This document shows, piece by piece, positions 1 to 11,961 of a DNA stretch of 48,113 nucleotides. The notes beneath the pieces are model-generated. The model ran no database searches. It saw nothing but the letters and a program-made list of their open reading frames with translations, and had not been told where the DNA came from. Numbering within the stretch: the first letter of the stretch is position 1; every line of letters begins with the position of its first letter. Origin of the DNA: Phoronis australis (lineage: Eukaryota; Animalia; Phoronida); the NCBI GenBank assembly GCA_002633005.1, contig NMRA01000035.1, positions 785,888 to 834,000 of the forward strand, in the 5' to 3' direction. The position numbers were made by a program, and so were the translations under genes.

Positions 1-1516
1 GCTTCTGATTGGTCGGTTGAAAGGAAGGCTCTGATTGGTCGGTTTAATGGAGGCCTCTGATTGGTCGGTTTATTGGAGGCTTCTGATTGGTCAAATGAAT
101 GGAGGCTTCTGATTGGTCGGTTGAAAGGAAGCCTCTGATTGGTCGGTTCAATGGAGGCTTCTGATTGGTCGGTTGAAAGGAAGCCTCTGATTGGTCGGTT
201 CAATGGAGGATTCTGATTGGTCGGTTGAAAGGAGGGCTGTGATTGGTCAAATGAATGGAGGCTTCTGATTGTCGGTTGAAAGGAGGGCTCTGATTGGTCA
301 AATGAATGGAGGCTTCTGATTGGTCGGTTGAAAGGAAGCCTCTGATTGGTCGGTTCAATGGAGGCTTCTGATTGGTCGGTTCAATGGAGGTTTCTGATTG
401 GTCGGTTGAAAGGAAGCCTCTGATATGTCGGTTCAATGGAGGCTTCTGATTGGTCGGTTCAATGGAGGCTTCTGATTGGTCAGTTGAAAGTAAGCCTCTG
501 ATTGGTCGGTTCAATGGATTCTTTTAATTGGTCGGTTAATTGGTCTTTTTTTCCCACCTTTTTTCCCGCTTTTTTCATTTTCCCACGTTTTTTTACTTTT
601 TCCAGCCTTTTTCCTATCCCGCCTTTTTTATTCTTCGCATCTTTTACTTTTTCCCGCCTTCTGTTTTTCCCTGCATTTTTTCTTTTTACCGCCTATTTCC
701 CGCTTTTTATTTTACCCGCCTTTTATTCTTTTCCTACTAAACTTTTTTTACTTTTTCTGGCCTGTTTTTGATTCTTCCCATCATTTTTTGTTTTCCCGCC
801 TCTGATTGGTGGATTCAATGGAGGCCTCTGATTGGGCGGTTGAAAGGAAGGCTGTGATTGGTCGGTTTAATGGAGGCTTCTGATTGGTCAATTGAATGGA
901 GGCCTCTGATTGGTCAGTTCAATTGAAGCTTCTGATTGGTCGGTTGAAAGGAAGGCTCTGATTGGTCGGTTTATTGGAGGCTTCTGATTGGTCGATTCAA
1001 TGGAGGCTTCTGATTGGTTGGTTCAATGGAGGCCTCTGATTGGTCGATTCAATGGAGGCTTCTGATTGGTCGGTTGAAAAGAAGGTTCTGATTGGTTGGT
1101 TTATTGGAGGCTTCTGATAGGTCGGTTGAAAGGAAGGCTGTGATTGGTCGGTTCAATGGAGGCTTCTGATTGGTCGGTTCAATGGAGAAAGGAAGGCTCT
1201 GTTTGGTCTGTTTATTGAAGGCTTCTGATTGGTCCACTCAACTGACCAATCAGAGCCTTCCTTTGAACAGACCAATCAGAGGCCTCCATTCAATTGACCA
1301 ATCAGAAGCCTCCATTCAACTGACCAATCAGAAGCTTCCATTCAACCGACCAATCACCCTTCTTTTCAACTGACCAATCAGAGGCCTCCATTTAATTGAC
1401 CAATCAGTGCCTTCCTTTCAACCGACCAATCAGAAGCCTCCATTTAACAGACCAATCAGAATCCTCCATTTAACCGACCAATCAGAAGCCTCCATTAAAC
1501 TGACCAATCAGAGCCT
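1..1516. repeat. 26-bp tandem satellite (CTGATTGGTCGGTTCAATGGAGGCTT / CTGATTGGTCGGTTGAAAGGAAGGCT variants), interrupted at ~540-800 and inverted after ~1240
   Basis: CTGATTGG recurs about every 26 bp in 1-540 and 800-1234, then as CCAATCAG in 1244-1510. The array runs off the left edge of the window. Confidence 0.95.
540..800. repeat. Polypyrimidine (T-rich, TTTCCCGCC-containing) spacer inside the satellite, copy 1
   Basis: Closely similar to 12162-12437, with shared strings such as TTTTTCCAGCCTTTTTCCTATCCCGCCTTTTTTATTCTTC and CATTTTTTGTTTTCCCGCCTCTGATTGGTGGATTCAATGG. Confidence 0.9.
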
Positions 1517-1780
1517 TCACAATCATCTTTGAGCGGTTTGGTTGATATAGGGGTGGACGCAAAAAAAATACTTGAAAACGGTAAGAATGGCCACTAGGTG
1601 GCGCAAACTACGTCGAATCCATCCGAAAACGGGAGGATGGCATGGTCTCATTCATAGGTGCCTACGTACTAAATTTCATGAAAATCCGTTCCGGACTTTT
1701 GAAGATATAGAGGTAGGCGTAAAAAACTAAAATTGCCACTAGGGGGCACACCGGTAGTCGTATCCGTCCGAAAGTTTAGC
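1514..1780 (+). mobile_element. Internal fragment (2 core units) of the Helentron/HINE-like CTCF-motif repeat family
   Basis: Matches 20350-20600 closely (TTCACAATCATC...GGCCACTAGGTGGCGCAAACTACGTC...AATTGCCACTAGGGGGCACACCGGTAGTCG). Confidence 0.85.
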
Positions 1781-2699
1781 CATTTTTCATTTCCCACGTG
1801 ATTCGTCTCTTTCTAGCCTTTTAAAAAGGGCAGGAAAACTAAACAAAGCAGGAAAACAAGGGCGGGAAAACTAAACAAGGCAGTTGCTCTGGGCTGCATG
1901 AGATATTATCACTTGCTATTCAATTCATTCAAGCAATCTCCATAAATCTTTGTAAGGAGAACTTCTTGAACTAGTACCAATGGATTGCCTTTGTACATGA
2001 ATTTTATATTTTGTTCATTCAAAGCATTTTGAAGATTCATTAGGTCATGTAATTTCAGTCAAGACTCCGTAATTTGCTGTATTTCAAGCTCATCATTTGT
2101 CAAGTTTCAGGAGTTCCAGCTCACAAACTGAGATGAATTTAGAGGGAATTGTTGTCTTGCTTTGATAATTGCAGTGTCGTATTTTTCCCAGCTGGCCTAG
2201 CACATGGCTTCATACAATTTTCACAGTTTACACAATCTCTATTAATCTTTTGTGGGTCGGAGTTTTTGAACTTCTACAACATTTAATGTATTGTTTGATG
2301 ATTTTTGCAATCGATACGTATTTTCAGCATTTTGCTGCCTAGCACTCTATGGGATCATTATATTATGGGTGGTTCTGACGTTATGTTGTACCGGTTTATT
2401 GATTGTGATAGTTTATTAATTCGTTAGCAATTTGTTGATTGTAAAATCACATATTTGCCAACACACTTAAATTACAACAGGATTGTTCGGTAAAATCGGG
2501 CAAGATTGGAGAAATTCGTGCCACAAGTCATTGTGGTTGTTTGAGATCTATCTTAACAAGGAGATATCGGAGGAGCGTGTTTTACTTGTACTTCATTTAT
2601 TCGCTGCATTTCACGGAATCTAATTTCATGACAGTATACAGATTCATTCAATTGTCGAAGTTCACATGACTCCATTAAGTTGATGCACTGTTTTGTTTA

Positions 2700-5600
2700 A
2701 TTCATGGTGTATTACCCCCATCACTACATTCGTTGAGGGTATTAAGATAACTCTAATAAATGTCCTCCCATTGTGTTGCACGTTGTGCGGTGGAGTTTCA
2801 GACATCAGAAACACGAGTTGCTTTGCTCACATATATTAGGGACACAACATTGTCATTGATAACAATGAATTCCACAACTTTACAGACAGGAAGCACCTGT
2901 TGATGCAGCATAGAATAACAAAAAGCCCAACTAAATGCTAGGAGACAACTTCGCCTAAGAGATTACTATAAATATATTTCTTATACATCATTGATTATTT
3001 ACCGCAGTTTCATTCAGGACTCCATTTACCCTTTCAGCCTTTCATGGATTCTTTACCACTGGAAATGTTTGTTTGTCCATGACAGATTACAGGTTCATTA
3101 ATTCACCAAGTTTCATGAGTTCATTTATTTTTAGTATTATATATTACAGGCCATCTATTTTAAGTTCATTTGATTACCCTCTACAGACTCATTCAATGAT
3201 TTCTATTATTATGAATAGTACCACAGTGGGACTTTGGTTACCCTCATGCTTGTTTATGAACTCATATTTCATGAATTTGGAGTTTTTTCATTTCACAGGT
3301 TCATCACTTTGAATAATTCTTTATCCATAACAGATCAATCAGTCTGTCAAATTTCTGAAGTTATATACTTATTCTTAGTTTTTTACAGGTCCTTTATATT
3401 GATATTGGTTTAATGACACTACAGACTCATTCAATTGTTCCATTTCACTTGACTCCATCAATTCAAGGCACTCTTTAGTTCATTCCATGTGGGTATTAAG
3501 ATTACTCTGATAAGTGAAGATGTACACAAATCAAGTCACCAATTTTGTTGCTTCATCGTGGCACCATTCAATGAAGAAACGCAAGTTGCTTTCCTCACAT
3601 ATTGGATACACAGCACTAATTGTTCAGTGATAGCATTGAATTCCATAATTTTGCAAGTTGTGAAAAAGGAACCACCACTAGATGCAGCAAAAAATCATAA
3701 ACCCAGCTAAATGCTGAATAATGAACATTGAAAAAGAAAAAATGCTCCATTGCCCTTATGCCTCAGGATGGTGAATGAGTCTTAGTTTTAGCCAAAGCTG
3801 GGACCATCAGTTACATTAAAGAAGGTTAAGGTTTTGCTAACCATGTTGCCTTGGGCTGAATTTAAATTCAGCCAGCTATTCAGTTCGTTGTCCCCTGCTC
3901 ATTCACCATCCCTACCTTCCTTTTTCACTTGTTAAACAAATCGTCATATCTGTTTATTTAATACCCTTTCGATTTTAATTTCCTTGATTTGTAACACTTT
4001 CCAGCTGTATTAATTCATTACTTCTCATGAACTTGTTCATTCCAGAAATTTTCAGAATCCAATAATTATAATGCATTTGATGGATTCAATCCGTAGTCCC
4101 TATTATTGTTTCCATTAACCTTTTGCATTGGCGGTACACCTTTGAAATGCAACACTGCAGGACTTTGATTACCCTCACATTAACACAATTTCATTCACTT
4201 GCCAGTTCTTCAAGACCCCACCGATTTCTTGCATATCAGGGCTGAAATGTTTCTTTATCCATGACAGATTACGAATTATGGATTTTTTAATTTGCAAGGT
4301 TCCAAGAGTTAATTACTTTTTTAAATTTTACACCTTATTTGTTTCTATGTTTATTTCATGACTCATTTAATTGCACAGGGCTCCAATATAATGTGATGCA
4401 TTTTCTTCAATACATGATGCATTCTACCATTGAAATATTCCTACATTCTTTGGGGCTGTTAAGAGCTTTCTGATATTCTATGGTGTACACAAATCAAATC
4501 GAGTCTTTGTGTTGCCCTGACAACATGATCTCTTGAGCTAGTGCCACATTGGGACTTCGGTTACCTCTGCGTTTTGTCATATTTCATGGATATGGTGCTT
4601 TTGCTTTTGATAAGTTCACTTATTTTTAGTCTTTTGGTTCCTCTGACTCCATGGAAACATTTTTTCTTTATGTCATTATGGTACACCAGTTTTTTATTGT
4701 GACATTTTGGCTGCTTATTAATTCATGATACATTACTGAATCCAAATTTACATTGCTTTTCACAGGAGCAACAACTCATCACCTTTCAATAGTTTGTCAG
4801 TTCATCACATTTCACGACATCAGTCATAACATTTGCAGCTTCCAATTACATCATTAAAAAGATTCCTATGATTGCTGTGTTTTTCATGGATTAATTTATT
4901 GCTGCATTTGAATTTCACGGTTTCATTCATTTGCCTTACTTCAAGACCAAATTTATTCAATCCATTTCATGGGTTTCCTAACCACTTCATTCCATGAAAG
5001 ATCATCAATCCATCAAATTTCGCGAGTTCATTTATTTTTAGTATTTTACAGGACTGGTCTTTTATTTTGATGTTCATTGAATGACATTCTACAGACTCAT
5101 TCTATTATCCCATTTGACAGGAGTCCATGCACTCATTTGTTTAATTTGTGATGAATTACTCCATTCTAACTTCACTGCAATCTTTCGGGTATTAAAATCA
5201 CTCTTATAAGCAGTGGGGTACACAAATCAAGTCACCCAGTTTGTTGTTCAATCAATGGTGTATGGCTTAATTCAACAAAGAAGCAAGTTGCTCAACAAAA
5301 ACCAAGTTGGTTTCCTCACACATAGGAGACACAGCGTTAATTGTCAGTGATAATTAATTCCATAACTTTAGAATTTGTGAAAAAGGAACCACCACTTGGT
5401 GCAGCATAAAATAATTGTAAACCCAAATAAATGTTAGCAGGTCACTTCTCCCTGCAGAGAATAATGAGCATTAGAATAGAAAAAAATGCTGCATTGCCCT
5501 TTGCCTCAGGATGGTGAATGAACTTCAGATTTATCAAGAACTGGGTACAGAAGATACTTTTAAAAATACTGTAGTTGTGAAGAAATCTGTTTGATAAACA

Positions 5601-8400
5601 TATTGCCTTGGGCTGAATTCAAAGTCAGCCAGCTATAGAATTTGTTGTCTCCTGCTCATTCACCATCCCTACCTTCCTTTTTCACTTGTTTAAGAAATGT
5701 TTGCATCGCCGTTTATTTAATACATTTTTCATTTCAATTTTATAACCCTTTGTACATTTCGTTTCTGATTAACATATTCCAGCTGTATTAATTCATTACT
5801 TTTCATGAATTTGTTCACTCTAGAATTCCATAACTCCTGACATTTGATGGGTTCAGTCAGTTGTCCCTAATATTATTTCCATTAACCTTTTGCATTGGCG
5901 GGCACATTTGACTAGCAACACTGCAGGACTTTGATAACCCTGATATTAACTCATGATACTTCATTGGACCTTTGATTTTCGCATTTTGTAGGTTCATTTA
6001 TTTATAGCATTTTACCATGACATTAACTCATTTTTCATGGGATCTTTGGTTTTCGCATTTTAAGAATTCATTTATAGCACTTTACTTCATTGAACTCAAC
6101 GCTTTTGTTGATTTTATAGGTTTTACCGTTAAACTATACCGGATTTACTGTTGATTCATGATATTTTGGAGATACATAATTTTGTCAAATTGCTGTACTT
6201 CACAGGACTCCATTAATTTGATGTACTTTTTCTTCTATATATGATGCATTTTACCACTACACCAGCTTATTGACTGTGATATTTTTAGATTTTAATTCGG
6301 GAAACATTGTACCATTAATGTTCTCCAAACCACTGATACATTCAATTGTCACACTGCACTATATAACTTTTTAACATTTTAACAGGTTCTTTAAATGATT
6401 TAAGGGATTCACCCACTCACTGCATTTGGCGGGTTCATTAATTTGGCACATTATACAGGTAAATTGACACTTTTCTGATATTACCTGGTTTCTGCCAGCA
6501 GAAGGGGATATTTTTATGGTTCACTTATCACATTTTACAGCTTCATTTTGTTCCCTCAAACGCTATAGGGATTTTGTTTTTTGTAATATTTTACCCACTC
6601 GTTAATGTCACACATTACATCACCTTGTTAATTTTTCACATTTTATAGTTTCGTTTGATTTATACTACTGGTTTTTTCACATCATTATGCCATTTATTTG
6701 GCGTCAGTGCTTTGCAGCAACAGAAAGATGTCACACTCATTTTGCTCGTTCATCATTATTTCATCTCTCTATCAGTTTATTTCTATGTGTGTTCATTCTA
6801 TTTTGTTGGTCCATTTTTATTTTGGCTGGTTAATTAATTAGCACCCTGGTAATTCATCAATTGATTACCTTTTAGAGAATTTATAGTTCATCGCACTTGA
6901 CCTGTTATTGGGCTCACTGTCAATTGTACTTTACTAGTTGCTTGATACCAATTGAGTTTTCACTGAGTACCTTTAGTAAAATATTGAGTGCTCATTATCA
7001 TTTTATCAGTTTATTTGTGAAAAAGGAACCACCACTTGGTGCAGCACCCACAATGCACCATTTTAACCTAATTTCAATATGGCATCGCTGCAAATCTGCT
7101 ATCGGAGACACAAAGTTAATTGTCAGTGATAACAATGAATTCCATAACTTTAGAAGTTGTGAAAAGGGAACCACCACTTGGTGCAGCATAAAATAATTGT
7201 AAACCCAAGTAAATGTTAGCAGGTCACTTCTCCCTGCAGAGAATAATGAGTATTAGAAAAGAAAAAAATGCTGCATTGCCCTTTGCCTCAGGATGGTGAA
7301 TGAACTTTAGATTTTGCAAGAGCTGGGTACCAAACTTACTTTTAAGAATACTGTAGTTGTGAAGAAATCTGTTTGATAAATATGTTCCCTTGGGCTGAAT
7401 TCAAAGTCAGCCAGCTATAGAATTTGTTGTCTCCTGCTCATTCACCATCCCTACCTTCCTTTTTCACTTGTTTAGCAAATCTTTACATCTTTGATACAAA
7501 TTTTCTAAGCCTTTGTATGTTTCCCTTCTGTTTAACATATTTCAGCTGTATTAATTCATTACTTTTCATGAATTTGTTCACTCCAGAACACAATAACTCC
7601 TTGGAGATACATCATTTAGTCAGATATTATTGCCGTACTTCATGGGACTCCATTAATTTGATGCACTATTTCTTCAATATATGATGCATTTTACCATTCA
7701 GATTTCCAAACGTTCTGATAACCAATGGTGTACACAAGTCAAGTCACCCCTTCGAGATGCTGCATTTAGTCTTTTTATGGGCTCATTCAATTTTTAGAAT
7801 TTACAAATGATCTCCATTAACTTTTGGTATTTGTGATGTTTCTTGAACGAGTACCACATATTACTTTTTATTAACTCGTATTTCATGGGTCCAATGTTTA
7901 TTGCAGGTTTTAGGCTCACTGATATTGAGCATTTTGCTTCCTCGCATTTTAACATAATGTCATTATGCTACACCAGCTTATTGACTGTGATATTTTTAGA
8001 GGATTTTAATTCGGGGAAATATCGTGCCATTAATGCTCTCCAAACCATTTCACTGATCTATTCAATTGTCGCACTGCACTATACAACTTTTTCACATTTT
8101 AACAGGTTCTTTAAATAATTTAAGGGATTCACTCACTCATTGCATTTGGCGGGTTCATTAATCTGACACATAATACAGGTTAATTGACACTTTTCTGATA
8201 TTACCTGGTTTCTGCTAGCAGAAGGGGATGTTTTTATGGTTCACTTATCACATTTTACAGCTTCATTTTGTTCCCTCAAACGCTATAGGGATTTTGTTTG
8301 TTTGTGACATTTTACCCATTCATTAATGTCACGCATTATATCACCATTAATTTTTCATATTTTATAGTTTCGTCTGATTTTTACTACTAGTTTTTGCCAT
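2700..8400. repeat. Degenerate AT-rich macro-repeat with ~1.75-kb period
   Basis: The block GAATTCCATAA...GTGAAAAAGGAACCACCACT...CTGCTCATTCACCATCCCTACCTTCCTTTTTCACTTGTT occurs near 3640-4050, 5355-5835 and 7135-7600. 6260-6670 matches 7970-8390, and there is a partial copy at 2735-2960. Confidence 0.8.
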
Positions 8401-9224
8401 TAACTTGTCCTTTATTCATTTATCAATTTTCACATAATATGGGGTTCACTTATTATTTCGGTCACATTTTGCAGTTTCATTTAAGTTTTTGTGACGAGAT
8501 TTTGTTTGTTCGTGGCATTTTAGCCATCCATTAAAGCATTATAGCGTTTTCCCATTGCTCCCAACTTGTTCGATTATATAGCCCAACAAGTTGAGAAGAT
8601 CACCCCTGTAGCCAATATCTTACACGACTGATTAACTCCACTCTGGCATTGATGGTTGGGGGGCTGGCTGTCTTTTGTTCGATAATTGCTCTAATTAGTC
8701 TGACTGGGCTGTGCTGCTAAAAATGAAAGTTAAGTTATAACATATTTGGACATAAACAAATAGCATTTCTGAATTCCTTGTCAAATGCTGATCATGTTTA
8801 GTTTTTGAATCACCAAAATCACCCAACCAAAACAGAAGTTAAGACAATCTATTCTTCCAGGTTTCAGTAACCCTTTGAATCCCGGGGAGATAATTGGCCT
8901 GCTTGTTGTGTGGGACAAAGGACTGTGCTGGGCAGTTAACAAAGGAGCCAGATGATATCGCATGCTCAGAACCCCTCGTGTCTGGAAAAGTTGCTGAACG
9001 ATACAATACCGTCATGGTCTCAAATTTCATCACTTTATTAATTTTTCACATTTTATGGTTTCGTCTGATCTGTATTACTGTACATTAAGTTATTGCCATG
9101 AACTTTTATTCGTTTACTAATTTTCATATTTCAAATTTATGTTTCGCATATAGCTTCGTCACACTGATATGGACTTCATTTTTGGATTCATTAGTTATGC
9201 TCTATTTCACCATATTTTCTCATC

Positions 9225-10340
9225 ATGATGCCATTTATTTGGCGTCAGTGCTTTGTAGCAGCAGAAAGATGTCACACTCATTTTGCTTGTTCATCATTAT
9301 TTCATCTCTCTACCAGTTTATTTCTTTGTGTGTTCATTCTTATTTTGTTGTTTCATCTTTATTTTTAGAGGTTCATGCTTTTCTCAGTTAGCTTTTACCA
9401 GTATACGGGTGTCTTAACGTGTCACCCTCGCATTTTACAGGTTCATTTTGCTTTCTCACAACCTATAGGGTGTGTGACATTTTTTGCATCCATAGAAGTC
9501 TCTCCTTCCATTAGTCCATTAATTTTAAACTATTTTGCAGGTTTATGTCATTAACTTGTTTTTTTTTTTGGTTTATTAATTTTCATATTGTTGAGTTCTT
9601 TTATTTTTCGCATTTAGCTTCTCACTCAATGGTTTCAATTACTCGTAGCATTTTATGTCTAGTCTCAAACTGTTTCACCCTTAATTCATCATGTGTTACA
9701 AATTCATTAACCACTGCATTTAGAGAATTGTCATGAGCCCATTTTCTTTGCCTTCATATCCTTGAAACAGGATTTTGATGGTAAAGTGCAAGTGTCCAGA
9801 CTTTACATATTTGGCGTCTTTCCTCTATTCGTTTATTTTTCACATTTTCTTTCATCGCACTCAAAGGCTTCATTTAGTCATATCAATTATTCAATTATTT
9901 CCCCAATTTTATTCATCACACTCAACCAGTGTGTTTAGATGTAACACTTTACGGGTTCATGCCTTTTTCACTTGGTTTATACCAGCACACAGATGTCTTT
10001 ATGTGTCACCTTCTCATTTTACAAATTCCTTTTGCTTCGTCACACCCTAGGCCTTGTGATATTTTATGCATTCATTAAAGTTTCCCATTCTATTAGTCCA
10101 CGAATTTTTCATAGTTTCGTTTGATTCATACCATTTTGCAAGTTTTTTGTCCTTAACTCGTGTTTTATTGGTTCATTTATTTTTACGTATTTTCCGTTCA
10201 TTTTTGTTTTGCACTTAGATTTGTCACTCAACTGTTTCACTTAGTTATAGCATTTCACAGATTCGACACTTCCATACCATTTCACCATTAAATCGTCACA
10301 TGTTACAAATTCATTAACCAATGGAAGAATTGTCATCAGC
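9225..10340. repeat. Further duplicated AT-rich modules
   Basis: 9225-9370 matches 6685-6820 (ATGCCATTTATTTGGCGTCAGTGCTTTG...). 9360-9740 is homologous to 9950-10340. Confidence 0.7.
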
Positions 10341-11835
10341 CCAACAGGCATGATTATACCCAGCGAGCATATTTGAATTTCATGCCCCGCTGTTTCTTCA
10401 GTTTAGTAGTAATGACGATAATCTATACTCAAATAATATTTTTTGTTAAGACAACTCAACATGGAGGAAGACTTTACCCGTTTTACTTGATTGACAAGCT
10501 GTCGTAAAAAAATTCTGTAGTTTTTACTAAACCAGGGACACGCAAGTGACACTCTCCTCATAGTTCACACTTTACTGCTCAACATCCCTTTTACCTTAAG
10601 CCTCATGCAAAAAATATACGGTTCTGTACCTTTACCAGTCATAATAAGTGACCTGCGTTTCTCCTATATACCTCTCCTTTTTATCTCTGGAAACGGAGCT
10701 TGCTACGCATCTATCATTTTTGGGACATACTTCGAACATAAATGGTTTTTCACTCGTTTAATATATTTATGTGACAATATAGACTCGTCTTACTTATACC
10801 CCCTTTTCCTTCGTTCCGACTGGTCCACTAATCCTTTGTGTAGATTCGCATGCGGTCGTTTTGTACACGATGCACTAGGACATTTCACTACCAGCCTCAC
10901 TATTGGTTTGTTTCTCTCATGTGCCTCAAGTATGGTCAGCTCCTGGCTCCTATTGGCTGATGATTATCACGTGTCTTAGGGTTAACCTTAATTCTCAGTA
11001 ATCATGTTTCCTGCCACTCCTCGTTACTCAACAGTTTCACTTAGTTATATCAATTCACAGATTCGCCACTTTCATACCACTTCACCATTAAATCGTCACA
11101 TGTTACAAATTCATTAACCAACGAAGGAATTGTCAAAAACCCACCCAGCGAGCACGTCTGAATTTAATGTCCCACTGTTTCTTCAGTTTGGTAGCAATGA
11201 CAATAATCTCTACTCGAGTAATATTCGCTGTTAAGAAAACTCAACATAAAGACTTTACCCGTTTTACTTAATTGACAAGCTGTCGTCAAAAATTCGACAG
11301 GAAAGTTTTACCTTTTCCATGGCAGGACTTTGTCCTGTTGTTTCTGTAGTTTTTACTAAACCAGGGACACCCAAGAGACACTCTCCTCATAGTTCACACT
11401 TTACTGCTCAACATCCCATTTAATTCCAGCCTCACGCAAAAGATAAAACACTCATATTTCTGTACCTTTATCAGTCATAATAAATGACCTGCGTTTCTCC
11501 TATTTTCCTCTCCTTTCTATCTCTGGAAACGGAGCTTGCAACGTACCTATCATTTTCAGGACATACTTCGTGCATAAATGGCATTTCGATCGATAAACAT
11601 ATATATGTGAGAATATGGACTCCTCTTACATATACCGCCTTTTTATTTCATTCAGACTGGTCCACGAGATATGCATGTGGTCCTTTTGCACACAATGCAG
11701 TAGGATATTTCACTACCAGGCTCACTATTGGTTTGTTTCTGTCCTGTGCCTCGAGTTTGTCCAGCTCCTGGCTCCTATCGGCTGATGATTATCACGTGTC
11801 TTAAGGTTAACCTTTATTTTCAGTAATCATATTTC
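10230..11835. repeat. Two-copy ~800-bp direct tandem duplication (10230-11030 and 11030-11835)
   Basis: Shared blocks CACCATTAAATCGTCACATGTTACAAATTCATTAACCA, TTTTTACTAAACCAGGGACAC and GGCTGATGATTATCACGTGTCTTA occur in the same order in both copies. Confidence 0.9.
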
Positions 11836-11961
11836 CCGTCATTCCTTGCTTTAGCTGCACTTACGTTTGAGTATAATCTCTCTTCATTTTTTTCACCCAC
11901 TACCACTCCTTTTTCCGGTGGTTCCTCCTACTTGAGTGCTACGCTTTTTATTGCCTATATC

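Noticed and set aside
1-1516. CRISPR-like appearance of regularly spaced short repeats, and ORFs 200-514, 502-771, 540-740, 1049-1237, 1170-1373
   Set aside because: There are no unique spacers and no cas genes, and the context is eukaryotic. The ORFs are translations of satellite or poly-T sequence.
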